Assembly (NCBI GenBank): GCA_964016885.1
Contig: OZ024747.1
Coordinates: forward strand, 65,968,001 to 66,032,000
DNA length: 64,000 nt
Origin: Eledone cirrhosa
Taxonomy: Eukaryota
Reading direction: 5' to 3'
This document shows positions 50,201-60,843 of the stretch, in pieces; positions within the stretch are counted from its first letter, which is position 1, and each line of letters starts with the position of its first letter. The translations under genes were made by a program, and so were the position numbers. Under the pieces are notes generated by a model, which was given only the letters and a program-made list of their open reading frames with translations, did not search any database and had not been told where the DNA came from.

Positions 50201-51107
50201 ACCGAATCTTGTCCTAGCCCGTCAGCATTCATCTCCTCAGTGGCCGTATCTCTGTTCCAGGTATTATTTATCTCAGTATTCAGATCATTGTCTGCTTCGG
50301 GTGGTTCCTCCGTTCTCAGGACCTCCTCACCTTCATTTCCCGCCGGCTCGCTTGTCTGGCATACTACACCCGCCATCTCCAAGCCATTCTCTCTGCTCAG
50401 TTCCTCCAGTTCCAGCTCGCTTATCCACCCATTAGTTCTTATTACCCGAGCCTGCCCGGCCAATCTTTGTTCATCTAATTTAAATAAACCAATCTCGTTC
50501 CAGATGTTATGCATCCGTCTCCTGTAGCCCCTCTCCTTGGGGTTACTTTTCAGGTAGCATTGCATAACAGTTCTATTCAATTCTTTCGTCCAGTTGGTTC
50601 TGGCCCCTTTCCTTCTTCTTCTTCCTCCAACATCAGCAGTATTTGGTTGACAGTCAGGTTCCTGCTGCTGAGCCAGGGGGCACCTGTTGGGTGAGAGTCT
50701 GTCACATGACGTTCTAGTCTCCATTTCACCGTTATTCGAACTGTTTATGTTCGATATTTAAACACTCTTATCGAGGATTGGCGAACGTATGTTTACATAG
50801 CCATCTGTGGATCCGCCATCCCACTTGGCCCTTGTGTGGCATTATCACCACGCTGTATACGGACACACATAAACAAACAAACACACGGGCAGAAAGGGCC
50901 CCAAAAATGAATAAGCATAAGTTTCATTGTAATGTAGTATTCGAATGTCTGACTTAGTTTTTGTTTTTTAAGTTTTACTTTTTCCCCCCTCTTCTCTGTC
51001 CGTCCGCCTGCTTCTCTCTTCATTCTTATTTTCTTTACGTTTTTGGGGTTTCTTTTTTTGTTTTTGTTTTTCTCTGTTTGTTTTTCTCGTTTTTTTTTGT
51101 TTTTTTT
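47257..51107 (-). mobile_element. Apparently full-length R4/Dong-clade non-LTR retrotransposon in (TAA)n
   Basis: Single long ORF, short 3' UTR, TAA repeats at both ends. Confidence 0.92.
47332..50724 (-). CDS. RT plus CCHC zinc knuckle plus restriction-like endonuclease, 1130 aa, uninterrupted
   Basis: KSPGPDG, NYRPITCL, GIFQGDSLSP, FMDD, GGRGL, CRIC..HIVSEC, RHD, RPDL..D..P..EK..Y. Confidence 0.95.
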   Translation of the reverse strand: METRTSCDRLSPNRCPLAQQQEPDCQPNTADVGGRRRRKGARTNWTKELNRTVMQCYLKSNPKERGYRRRMHNIWNEIGLFKLDEQRLAGQARVIRTNGWISELELEELSRENGLEMAGVVCQTSEPAGNEGEEVLRTEEPPEADNDLNTEINNTWNRDTATEEMNADGLGQDSVDILNLVVDELNNDSGRPMNLRFVDRKKLKETTAKVNKVIPYLEARSLHQCNNILKATANTVRKLLGIKARGNNRQERAEPWWKKRLSGQIGEMRNDIGKLESLLNGTLKNIGTKNRLEIKYKTRSKKLNIIIEELKQRIVAKGAKIRRYENRVSQYKQNRMFDNNQKMLFGQLEGKERGNDLIPGAEQAKTFWRGIWEQDVRHNAQAGWIETVQREIGEQAQQQTDLSITVETLKGQAKKLTNWKSPGPDGVQGYWIKHLTSLHPKLTAMFNDCLVSGEVPEWLTKGTTVLIMKDRIKGNDVTNYRPITCLPVMWKLLTSIVSEEIYHHLHTNNLLPDEQKGCRKKSRGTKDQLLIDKMVMGNCRRRHTDLAMGWIDYRKAFDMVPHSWITKSLEIFRVADNIRQLLGRSMGSWETELTSTGVSLGSVKIKRGIFQGDSLSPLLFVLALMPLTIMLRKVRAGYKLGRGELTINHLLFMDDLKLFGKSEKELDVLVDTVRIFSSDICMQFGIGKCGVIVMRRGRLSRSNGIQIPTGEMIKEIDSEEGYKYLGVLEADGIKNKKMKELLRTEYIRRVRSVLKSHLNSRNAISAVNSRAVSIIRYSAGILRWNVAEQKEMDRKTRKLLTIYNMFHKRSDVDRLYLRRSEGGRGLISIEDCVQMEKNNLYKYVTYSKEPMLRAVLKEGTVGQGISKEEITSRRKSSLKGKYLHSTFFEKTEFRDPQTWNWLRRGDLKKATEGMLMAAQEQALKTKWLKHHIYKEEASPLCRICGEREETVAHIVSECKHLAQTHYKGWRHDVMGRVIHWHLCKVNNLPHSEKWYEHRPEAVMENSQVKVLWDFRIQTDKKLEHNRPDLVVVDKEKRSCLIVDAACPFDTRVQEKEREKINRYQDLKWEVKRIWNCHEVKVIPIAIGALGTISKGFQGWLKKIGPFTLFGTLQKACLLGTARTLRYVLNI

Positions 51108-51339
51108 TATTATTATTATTATTATTGAATGCCATGGTTGACGGAGGCTCGGCTCTGTAAGGTATAGTAATTTTTAACCCTTAAAACAATTGTAAATTGT
51201 TTAAAACTTGAACCAAATTGTTGATAAAGACACCCTCCTCCTCGTGAGAGGGGTCTTTCTGTCCGTTATTTGGCCCTTCGGGGTTAAATAATCAGTTATT
51301 GGGGTTTTGTACCCAAAATTTCATTTTAAACAAAAAAAC

Positions 51340-53439
51340 ATGGCTACCAAAAAAAAAAAATTTCATACGTCACTCCCACTCATTCCGTCTTCTTCTTCCT
51401 CAATCATCACTACAGGAGAGAGAAGATTGTCTCTCTCCCTCCCTTCTTTAAATGTGTCTCTCTCCCTACCTTCTCTTTCGCAAGCGACGAAAGAAAAGAA
51501 AAGTCTCGTGCAAAGCGTGCAAGGTTTCTCCACGACGACGACGACAGCGACGAAACAGGTGTGCGGGAAATACGAAAACCCAGTTCATTCGTCTGACGTC
51601 AGGAATAATAGCAGTAGCAGCCGTAATAACAACAGCAACAGTGACAATGAAAACAACAGTAGCAGCCGCAACAGCATCACCAGCAGCATAAACAACAACA
51701 GCATTAGCAGCAGCAACACCAACAACAACCACAGCAACAGCGGCGGAGGCAGTAGTCGTAGTACCTGCAGCAACAACAAAAGTACCAGCAGCTCTGACGA
51801 CAACAACAACAGCAGAGAAAAACCAATCTCATTTGCAGGTATTGCGAAAAACCTGGAAACAATCCTCATAACAAATGAGGAATTAGAGGAAGCGAAGAAG
51901 ATGGTGACAAAGAACGGACACCGAGCAATCTGCAAGGCAGCGAAAAATTTTTTCGAAACCCAAGAGCACTGTACGGTCACGTACCGTACAGTAAGTACAA
52001 AATCCCGTAGGGTGGAAAGAGCCACAGAGGCCCAAATACAAAAAGCCTTGGGGTCTGTGTGGCAGAGGAAAACGCACATCACCCGAGGCAAAAAATACGC
52101 CACCGTAGACGTACTTTTTGCCACACCCCAGGAGGCAAAGGCCCAATCAGTAGTGACCCTAAGGAGCGAGGAAATGGTGTTGGTGCCCTCCTACTGCGGG
52201 CAAAAAATTGTGAGGGTCAAACTGACCCACGTCCCCCCCGGAATGACCCCTTCTTGGCTGGCCGCGTCTGTCCTCGTCGGAATCGAGGACAAAACAACTG
52301 TACTGCAAGTACAGAAAAAAGTAAGAGAAGATTGGGTCGGCTCCTCCATTGAGATGCTAATCCAAACCAACCAGGAGTGCATCGAAGCTATCCCGGATGT
52401 GATAGACTTCGATAACGGCACTCAACTGCCCATAAGTGTTGAGGGCAAACGCCCGAAATGCTTTCGCTGTGGATCGAAGACTCACCTCAGGGCCTTCTGC
52501 AACGAGAAGACCCTGAGAAAGGAGAAAACCCCCCTCCTCCCGAATCCGGTTCCACGGCTACCAGCAACAGGACAAGCGGCAACCAGGAACGATAGGTCCG
52601 TGGCACCCATACCCACTCCACGGAAATCAAAGACAGCAGCAGCAGTGGAAATATTAACAACAACAACAGCAATACCAAATGCAGCTGCAACAGAGACTCC
52701 AGTGCAAACATCACCAACAACAACAAGTGAAAGAGTGGAGCTGGTACCCCTCCCCGACCTTACAGAATCAGACATGGAGTGTGAGGTGGGAGAGGGATGG
52801 CAAAAGGTCTCAAGAAGGCACAAACGCAGAAGCAGCGCATCGTCGCCTTTGAAAAGGGAGGAAAGAAATGAGAAAAGGGTAAAGTCTACTGCAAAGAGAC
52901 CCACAGCAGCAACACCACCAACACCATCACCACCCACACCAGCACCACCATCACCACCGGCGACAACCCCACCGCCAACAACACCTTCAACACCACCACC
53001 ACAAGCACCAACATCGCAAACACAACAACAAAACACACACACCCAGCAACAACGACAAGAAAATAGCAGAACCACACCCCACCCCCAGAAAAACAAATGC
53101 ACGGCAATAAACACACACAACAAGAAACTAATGACTTACATAATTGAACACACAGACATTTCACAACAGGACTACATAATACCAGCACCAATCAAAACGC
53201 CAACTAACATAAGACTGCTAAAAATAGCACAGAAACAATACACAAACATTAAAACGAAATTTCCCAACGCAGTTGGTGATTTCAGGGACCTAGGAGGAAC
53301 CATTAATCGAAGAGTATATTCAGACATTCTCTTAGAAGAGCCGACGACCAGCCGAAGGGACGATTCAACGGTCCCTTCACCAGACGATCAAGTGAAAAGG
53401 GATGTAAAAACCATCCCTCCTCTACCAAAAATACGGTAA
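51340..53439 (+). CDS. Tx1 ORF1 (gag-like nucleic-acid-binding protein)
   Basis: First ATG at 51340 (AAACATGG); CFRCGSKTHLRAFC CCHC knuckle; Asn/Ser- and Pro/Thr-rich tracts. Confidence 0.88.
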   Translation: MATKKKKFHTSLPLIPSSSSSIITTGERRLSLSLPSLNVSLSLPSLSQATKEKKSLVQSVQGFSTTTTTATKQVCGKYENPVHSSDVRNNSSSSRNNNSNSDNENNSSSRNSITSSINNNSISSSNTNNNHSNSGGGSSRSTCSNNKSTSSSDDNNNSREKPISFAGIAKNLETILITNEELEEAKKMVTKNGHRAICKAAKNFFETQEHCTVTYRTVSTKSRRVERATEAQIQKALGSVWQRKTHITRGKKYATVDVLFATPQEAKAQSVVTLRSEEMVLVPSYCGQKIVRVKLTHVPPGMTPSWLAASVLVGIEDKTTVLQVQKKVREDWVGSSIEMLIQTNQECIEAIPDVIDFDNGTQLPISVEGKRPKCFRCGSKTHLRAFCNEKTLRKEKTPLLPNPVPRLPATGQAATRNDRSVAPIPTPRKSKTAAAVEILTTTTAIPNAAATETPVQTSPTTTSERVELVPLPDLTESDMECEVGEGWQKVSRRHKRRSSASSPLKREERNEKRVKSTAKRPTAATPPTPSPPTPAPPSPPATTPPPTTPSTPPPQAPTSQTQQQNTHTQQQRQENSRTTPHPQKNKCTAINTHNKKLMTYIIEHTDISQQDYIIPAPIKTPTNIRLLKIAQKQYTNIKTKFPNAVGDFRDLGGTINRRVYSDILLEEPTTSRRDDSTVPSPDDQVKRDVKTIPPLPKIR

Positions 53440-53474
53440 GTGGTCTTTCCCATCTTTTCCACTCTATTTTAAAC

Positions 53475-56400
53475 ATGACCTCACTCAGAATAGGCAGCAT
53501 AAATGCGCGTGGCTTGGGGTCGTCATGGAAGCAGGGTCACCTGCTCAACGACCTCAGGTCACTAAACATAGATGTAGTGGCCATCAGCGAGACCAGAATC
53601 TCCGAAGCACGGGCCTTCGCACCGATCTTCGGCGGCTACGATGTGTACGCATCTCCCAGCCGTCCTGGATCCGGTGGAGGAGTTGCTGTACTTTTTCGGA
53701 GAGGTTTGGATCTCGCCATACGGGCCATCTTCCTGGACCCAGAGGGTAAGCTGGTGGTGCTGGACGTGACCAGCGGAGACGGGCAAGCTTTCAGGCTAGT
53801 GGCCGTCTATGCCCCGACAGGAGCAGGGCGGCCTGATTTCTTCCGGCGTCTGGAGACCTTTCTTGGAACGTCCCGCTCTTTAGTGTTAGTGGGCGACTGG
53901 AACGGGATCTTAGATGCACGCTGGGACTGTGTGGGATTAGCGGATAGGGGTGGAGGGTGCAAGAGCCTCACCAACCTGCTCAGGCGTTTTGAACTGTCTG
54001 ACAGGTACCGATTGGATTTCCCGAATGTGCCAATGTGGACTTGGACAAACCGCATAGGGTCATCCAGATCATATCTAGATAGAGTATTTTGTAGGGAAAT
54101 AGATAGGTCTAGCATAGGCTGTCCACAATTCAAGATAGTCAGCTACACGGACCACAAATTCGTGATCTGTGTGCTTGACTTAGATAGGCTTCATAGACGA
54201 GGACCCGGCTACTGGAAGCTAAACGCGTCCTTACCAGCGCGCAAGGCCTACAGAGACCGGATTAGCGAACTAGTTAAGCGGGCGTTGACGGGGGCCATCG
54301 TCAACAACAAGTGGTGGTTTGCTCTGAAAAGAGCGATTAGAATAGAATCGATTAGGTTTAGTAAGGCTTTAGCAATAGAGAAAAATAGAGCAGAGGGAGA
54401 ACTAGTTAGAAAATTAGACGAGGCGCTTAGCAAAGGCATTGCGACCGACGTGCTTGCGGCGAAATTGGCCCTTGACCAATTCTTCAATGCAAAGCACGAA
54501 GGCTGCGTTGTCAGAGCTAGGGTGCGTGCTCTCAGACACGAGGGGACGAAAGCCGTTCAATGGGCCCGAGTGGCGGAGGCGCGTCGTGGCAACAAAGCCA
54601 CGATCCGGTCTTTGGTGGACCACGACGGGCGCATGCTACTCGATCCCGGGCAAATGTGTGAAACTTTTCAGCGACACTTCGCTCAGCTGTTCGGGGGCAG
54701 CGGGGGGCCGGGTAGAGGGATGGACTTTAGTGTCTACCTCGACGGGCTGCCGCGGCTCTCGGCCACTGAGGCGAGGTGTTGCGAAAAGCCGATAACAGCC
54801 GCTGAAGTACGGGAGGCAATGACTGGCTGCACAAGGGGTAAATCGCCTGGTTTGGATGGTCTGCCCTATGAACTTTACGTACAGATGCCAGACTTGTTCG
54901 GAGGCCTCTTGGCGGACGTCTACTGCAACTGGCAACAGAACGGGAGAATTCCCAGTTCTGTGAGCCGAGGAGCGGTGGCACTGCTGAGAAAGGATCCGAA
55001 CAAGGGGGATAACATAGACAATTTCCGGCCCATAACTCTGCTAAACACAGAGTTTAAGATTTTGGCCAAGGTGCTAGCAAAGAGGTTGGCGCTTGTCGTT
55101 GGTGGTCTGGTGGGAGAGGCGCAGACATGCGCCATTCCCGACAGATCCATCCACGACAACCTCCACCTCATGCGATACATCGTAGAGAGGGTAGCTAGGG
55201 AACCTGGCACGGGTGGGTCCTTGATCAATTTAGATCAGTCGAAAGCTTTCGATAGGGTCGACCATCGTTACCTAGCGGCAGTCCTGAGGGCGGCTGGCTT
55301 TGGGCCCGTCTTCAGAGGCTGGATCGCTGCCATGCACAGCGACATCTGCTCTGTGGTGAGAGTGAACGGTCACCTGTCGGAACCGTTCAACATCATGCGC
55401 TCGGTCCGCCAAGGATGTCCCCTCTCGTCCCTCTTGTACGTATTGACTCTCGAGCCATTACTGCACAAACTGGAGACGTTGAGGGGAGTCCCGCGCGAAC
55501 TAGGATGCGGAAGATCCGTGTCAGCATATGCGGACGATGTCACCGTAGTGGTGTCGAACGCCAAACACATCGAGGCGATCGGCACTACACTAAGAGAATA
55601 CGAAGCGGTGACAGGAGCAATGATCAACCAGGAAAAGTCAGTGGGCCTGCAGCTCGGCACCTGGAGAGGCAGGTCCATGCCGTCCAACAGCGTCGTCGGG
55701 CGCTGGACGGACGGACCGGTTAAATTGCTAGGGGTCTGGTTCGGTCCGGACCTCCAGACGGACAAAAACTGGGACGAGGTGACGAGCAGGGTGGCTTCTC
55801 TCACCCAGAAATGGGCGGAGAGGAAGCTATCCCTGAAAGGTCGAGCGGAGGTGGCTAACGCGTACATCGCGTCTGTCATCTGCTACCGCCTAACCGTCGT
55901 ACCTTGTCCTAAGCCTCGCCTGACTGCGCTGGAGCGTTTGCTCTTTCGCTTTTTGTGGAAGGGACGTGCTCCGATGGTCAGGCGGTCCATCTGTTGTCAA
56001 CACCCGCTACGTGGAGGGCTGGGAATGCCGTGGCTGATGATGCGCAGGCACGCGCTCAGGCTACGACATCTCCACCTCTTCCTCGACGGTGATCAGGTGT
56101 GGTCGCCGTTTGCTAGACGCGTTTTTCCCCAGCTCGTTTCCTTGACGGAGCTGCAGTCCTGGGTCAAGCGAAGACCGAGAGGGAGCGCCTGGAGACTGGA
56201 ATGTCTTCAGGCGCTCACAGCCCTCGACCAATCGGGCAATGTGATCGGTGGAAACTCCACCTCGGCGTTTTATAGAGGATTAGTGGAGGGGAAGAGCGAC
56301 GACGTACTTGGGGAAACTCTAGGCGTCGACGAAAATCAACTAGCCAATCTCTTCGGAAGAACTTTCGGGCCAGGGCCTATGGACAACTTCCAGAAATCTC

Positions 56401-56894
56401 TGGCCTGGCAGTGCTACCGAGGAGCCTTGCCAGTTCGGGATAAACTCTACAGGCATGGAGGTGCCGTCAGCCGGGCATGTCCGAGATGCGCGCAGGGCGA
56501 CGAAACCGTCCTGCACGCACTCGTCCAGTGTCCGAAAATTGCTGACTTGTGGGTTTATGTCGAACACCTGCTGTCGCGTTTAGGACGGATCCAGCTATCA
56601 TCTGAGTCCATCGTGAGGATTGCCCCGCCCTCCTCCTTTAGCCGGGAAGGGCAGGCAGTTTTTATCTGTCTGGTGGCCATGGCGAAAGAGATAGTATGGT
56701 GGACACGTTTGAAAGGGCTGAAGACGAGCACTTACCTCTTCGGTGATGCTCTGATTGACTTTTTCAAATTTCATTTGAAAAGGAAAATCAGAGTAGAGAG
56801 GGAAGTGCTCTCTTCCCAGCATTTTGTTGAAAGATGGGTGAGAGAAGCAAGAATGGCCCGAGTGAATGGGCCGACTCTGAGTATATATCTGTAA
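53475..56894 (+). CDS. Tx1 ORF2: APE endonuclease, RT, zf-RVT, 1139 aa
   Basis: SINARGL, SET, VYAP, GDWN, YLDR, TDH; KSPGLDG, RQGCPLS, YADD; CPRC..H..C. Confidence 0.96.
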   Translation: MTSLRIGSINARGLGSSWKQGHLLNDLRSLNIDVVAISETRISEARAFAPIFGGYDVYASPSRPGSGGGVAVLFRRGLDLAIRAIFLDPEGKLVVLDVTSGDGQAFRLVAVYAPTGAGRPDFFRRLETFLGTSRSLVLVGDWNGILDARWDCVGLADRGGGCKSLTNLLRRFELSDRYRLDFPNVPMWTWTNRIGSSRSYLDRVFCREIDRSSIGCPQFKIVSYTDHKFVICVLDLDRLHRRGPGYWKLNASLPARKAYRDRISELVKRALTGAIVNNKWWFALKRAIRIESIRFSKALAIEKNRAEGELVRKLDEALSKGIATDVLAAKLALDQFFNAKHEGCVVRARVRALRHEGTKAVQWARVAEARRGNKATIRSLVDHDGRMLLDPGQMCETFQRHFAQLFGGSGGPGRGMDFSVYLDGLPRLSATEARCCEKPITAAEVREAMTGCTRGKSPGLDGLPYELYVQMPDLFGGLLADVYCNWQQNGRIPSSVSRGAVALLRKDPNKGDNIDNFRPITLLNTEFKILAKVLAKRLALVVGGLVGEAQTCAIPDRSIHDNLHLMRYIVERVAREPGTGGSLINLDQSKAFDRVDHRYLAAVLRAAGFGPVFRGWIAAMHSDICSVVRVNGHLSEPFNIMRSVRQGCPLSSLLYVLTLEPLLHKLETLRGVPRELGCGRSVSAYADDVTVVVSNAKHIEAIGTTLREYEAVTGAMINQEKSVGLQLGTWRGRSMPSNSVVGRWTDGPVKLLGVWFGPDLQTDKNWDEVTSRVASLTQKWAERKLSLKGRAEVANAYIASVICYRLTVVPCPKPRLTALERLLFRFLWKGRAPMVRRSICCQHPLRGGLGMPWLMMRRHALRLRHLHLFLDGDQVWSPFARRVFPQLVSLTELQSWVKRRPRGSAWRLECLQALTALDQSGNVIGGNSTSAFYRGLVEGKSDDVLGETLGVDENQLANLFGRTFGPGPMDNFQKSLAWQCYRGALPVRDKLYRHGGAVSRACPRCAQGDETVLHALVQCPKIADLWVYVEHLLSRLGRIQLSSESIVRIAPPSSFSREGQAVFICLVAMAKEIVWWTRLKGLKTSTYLFGDALIDFFKFHLKRKIRVEREVLSSQHFVERWVREARMARVNGPTLSIYL

Positions 56895-57154
56895 ACTAAA
56901 GGTGGAAAACTGGGAGAGGGCACTTGCCTTGGTGGTCAGGGTCATTGTGGCTTTTTACTGGGCTTTCTCCACAAATGTCCCTCCGAAGTCTCCCCCCTAT
57001 TGGGGAATTTTTCATTGTTATTTTCATTGTTATTTTTGTTACATCCTCTGTTTTTGTTTTTTTACACGCAGAAATGCCCATTTGTACCGTCCTGCATTGT
57101 CCTGCACTGTCCTTAATGTCTACTTTATGTAAACCCTTGTGGTTAATAAAGAAA

Positions 57155-57242
<88 letters not shown>

Positions 57243-60080
57243 TCTTTGAGTCTCAGTCATTGATGTTAGTTAACTGGAAAGTTTGTTGAAATGAATATCA
57301 AGCCACTACCTGCAGCCTCAGATATTCAGGACGTATCGGAGGGTTTTTGCTGTTCCCAGCAAGCATGCCTTTTGAAGCGTTCCAAAAAGCGTGAAGGGGC
57401 CAATTTTCTTTAACCATCCTGGAAACTTTTTGAGATAGTCCCTAGTGCGCCTATGACAATCGGGATCACTTTGACTTTATGGCAGTTCCAAATCCTTTTT
57501 ACCTCCCACTTTAAGTCCTGGTATCGGTTAATTTTCTCCCTCTCCTTCTCTTGCACTCTCGTGTCGAATGGGCAGGCCACATCCACAATCAGGCACGATC
57601 TTTTTTCTTTGTCCACAACCACCAGTTCAGGTCTATTGTGTTCCAGTTTCTTGTCCGTCTCTATCCTAAAATCCCACAGCACCTTCACCTGATCGTTTTC
57701 TATCACCGACTCTGGCTTATGCTCATACCACTTCTCAGAATGTGGTAAATTTTTTACTTTGCATAGGTGCCAGTGGATCACCCTGCCCATCACATCATGT
57801 CTCCAGCCCTTATAGTGAGTCTGGGCTCGATGTTTACACTCGGATACAATGTGAGCCACAGTCTCCTCTCTCTCTCCACAGATCCTGCACAGTAGGCTAG
57901 CCTCCTCCTTGTAAATATGTTGTTTCAACCACTTCATTTTGAGGGCCTGCTCCTGCGCAGCCATTAACATTCCTTCTGTAGCCTTTTTACGGTCTCCTCT
58001 TTTCAACTAGTTCCATGTCTGTGGATCTCTAAATTCAGTTTTCTCAAAGAAGGTACTATGAAGGGATTTTTCCTGAAGGCTACTCTTTCTCCTTGATGTT
58101 ATTTCCTCCTTGGACATCCCCTGGCCTATTGTCCCCTCCTTCAGTACAGTTCTGAGAATTGGCTCCTTACTATCAGTCACGTATTTGTGTAGGTTGTTTT
58201 TCTCCATCTGAACACAGTCCTCTATGCTGATAAGACCTCTTCCACCTTCAGATCTCCTTAAGTAGAGTCTATCGACATCACTCCTCTTGTGGAACATGTT
58301 GTAGATAGTCAATAGCCTCCTGGTCTTCCTATCCATTTCTTTTTGTTCAGCAACATTCCATCTCAGAATTCCCTCACTGTACCTAATAATAGACACAGCT
58401 CGGAAATGTACTGCACTTATGGCATTCCTACTGTTCAGATGTGACTTTAATACGTTCCTTATTCTCCGAATGTATTCAGTTCTTATCAATTCCTTCATTT
58501 TTTTGTTCTTGATGTCATCAGCCTCCAGAACGCCCAAATACTTGTATCCTTCTTCAGAGTCAATTTCCTTGATCATCTCACCTGTTGGTACCTGGATTCC
58601 GTTACTTCTGCTCAACTTACCCCTCTTCATCACAATGACTCCACACTTACTAATACCAAATTGCATACATATATCATTGGTGAAAATACGGACAGTGTCA
58701 ACAAGCACATCCAACTCCTTCTCACTCTTCCCGAAGAGCTTAAGATCGTCCATGAAGAGGAGGTGATTGATGGTAAGCCCTCCCTTTCCCAACCTGTATC
58801 CTGCTCTCACTTTTCGCAGTACACTGGTCAGGGGCATCAGGGCAAGGACAAACAACAGAGGGGACAGACTATCTCCCTGGAAGATACCTCTCTTGATCTT
58901 CACGCCTCCCAAGGATTCTCCAGTTGATGTTAACTCTGTTTCCCAGGACTTCATACTTTTGGCCAACAACTGTCTGATGTTATCTGCCACCTTGAAGATC
59001 TCCAGGCTTTTGGTGATCCAAGAATGAGGCACCATGTCAAATGCCTTTTTGTAGTCTATCCATCCCATGGCAAGACCAGTGTGTCTCCTCTTGCAATTCC
59101 TCATTACCATCTTATCAATAAGTAACTGGTCCTTTGTACCACGTGACTTCTTTCGGCATCCTTTCTGTTCGTCCGGTAACAAGTTGTTTGTTTGGAGGTG
59201 ATGGTAGATTTCCTCAGACATAATGCTTGTCAACAGTTTCCACATTACGGACAGACATGTGATAGGTCTATAGTTGGTAACATCATTACCCTTGATTCGG
59301 TCTTTCATTATCAGAACTATGGCACCTTTTGTAAACCACTCTTGTACCTCACCTGACATCAAGCAGTCATTGAACATGGTTGTCAGTTTCGGGTGGAGGG
59401 ATGTTATATTTTTAATCCAATACCCCTGCACACCATCTGGGCCTGGTGATTGGTCAGTTTTTTGGCCTGCCCCTTAAGAGTTTCAACTGTGATACTCAAA
59501 TCAGTTTGTTGGTGTGCCTGTTCACTAATCTCCTTCTGTACTGTCTCAATACACACTGCCTGGTCATTATGTTTAACATCCTGCTACCATATTCCTCTCC
59601 AGAATGTTTTAGTTTGTTCCGATTCAGGGATCAAGTCGTTGCCTCTTTCTTTCCCTTCAAGCTGTCCAAACAGCATCTTCTCGTTGTTGTCGAACATGCG
59701 GTTCTGTCTATACTGACTGACTCTGTTCTCGTATCGCCTGATTTTTGCACTCTTTGCTACAATGCGTTGCTTCAGTTCCTCTATGATAATATTTAGCTTT
59801 TTCCTCTTAGTTTTGTACTTTATTTCCAGTCTATTTTTAGTGTCTATGTTTTTTAGTGTCCCATTCAGTAGGGACTCAAGCTTTCCAATGTCATTTCTCA
59901 TTTCCCTGATTTGACCACTCAGTCGTTTCTTCCACCAAGGCTCTGCTCTTTCTTGTCTGTTGTTTCCTCACCGTATTTGCTGTTGCTTTGAGGATATTGT
60001 TGCACTGGTGAAGGCTCCTCGCCTCAAGGTATGGGATGACTTTGTTTACCTTAGCTGTTGTTTCTTTTAACTTTTTCCTT
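57243..60080 (-). mobile_element. 5'-truncated degenerate Dong-like copy
   Basis: Colinear with 47257-50127; stop at 58007-58009 and frameshifts; bounded by (TTA)n. Confidence 0.93.
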
Positions 60081-60123
60081 TTAACTTATTATTATTATTA
60101 TTATTATTATTGTTGTTGTTATT

Positions 60124-60785
60124 CCTTGAATCTCAGTCATTCATGTTGGTTAACTGGAAAGTCCGTTGGATTGAATATCAAGCCACTACCTGCAGCCTCA
60201 GATATTCAGGACGTATCGGAGGGTTTTTGCTGTTCCAAGCAAGCATGCCTTTTGAAGCGTTCCAAAAAGCGTGAAGGGGCCGATTTTCTTTAACCATCCC
60301 TGGAAACTTTTGGAGATAGTCCCCAGTGCGCCTATGACAATCGGGATCACTTTGACTTCATGGCAGTTCCAAATCCTTTTCACCTCCCACTTTAGGTCCT
60401 GGTATCGGTTAATTTTCTCCCTCTCCTTCTCTTGCACTCTCGTGTCGAACGGGCAGGCCACATCCACAATCAGGCACGATCTTTTTTCTTTGTCCACAAC
60501 CACCAGGTCAGGTCTATTGTGTTCCAGTTTTTTGTCCTTCTGTATCCTAAAATCCCACAGCACCTTCACCTGATTGTTCTCCATCACCGCCTCTGGCCTA
60601 TGCTCATACCATTTCTCAGAATGTGGTAAATTGTTTACTTTGCACAGGTGCCAGTGGATCACCTTGCCCATCACATCGTGTCTCCAGCCCTTATAGTGGG
60701 TTTGGGCTAGGTGTTTACACTCGGACACAATGTGAGCCACAGTCTCCTCTCTCTCTCCACAGATCCTGCACAGTGGGCTAGCCTC

Positions 60786-60786
<1 letters not shown>
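60124..60786 (-). mobile_element. Short 5'-truncated Dong-like copy (endonuclease plus 3' UTR)
   Basis: Near-identical to 47257-47920; bounded by (TTA)n. Confidence 0.93.

Positions 60787-60842
<56 letters not shown>

Positions 60843-60843
<1 letters not shown>

Larger units (their letters stand above)
51127..57156 (+). mobile_element. Apparently full-length intact Tx1-clade LINE in (TTA)n
   Basis: 5' UTR, two intact ORFs, 3' UTR with AATAAA, (ATT)n on both sides. Confidence 0.93.

Noticed and set aside
47405-50694. Antisense ORFs over the Dong and Tx1 coding regions
   Set aside because: Shadow frames of the real ORFs with no recognisable motifs
50725-51107. HDV-like ribozyme in the R4/Dong 5' UTR
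   Set aside because: Plausible for some non-LTR clades, but I could not build the nested double pseudoknot by eye
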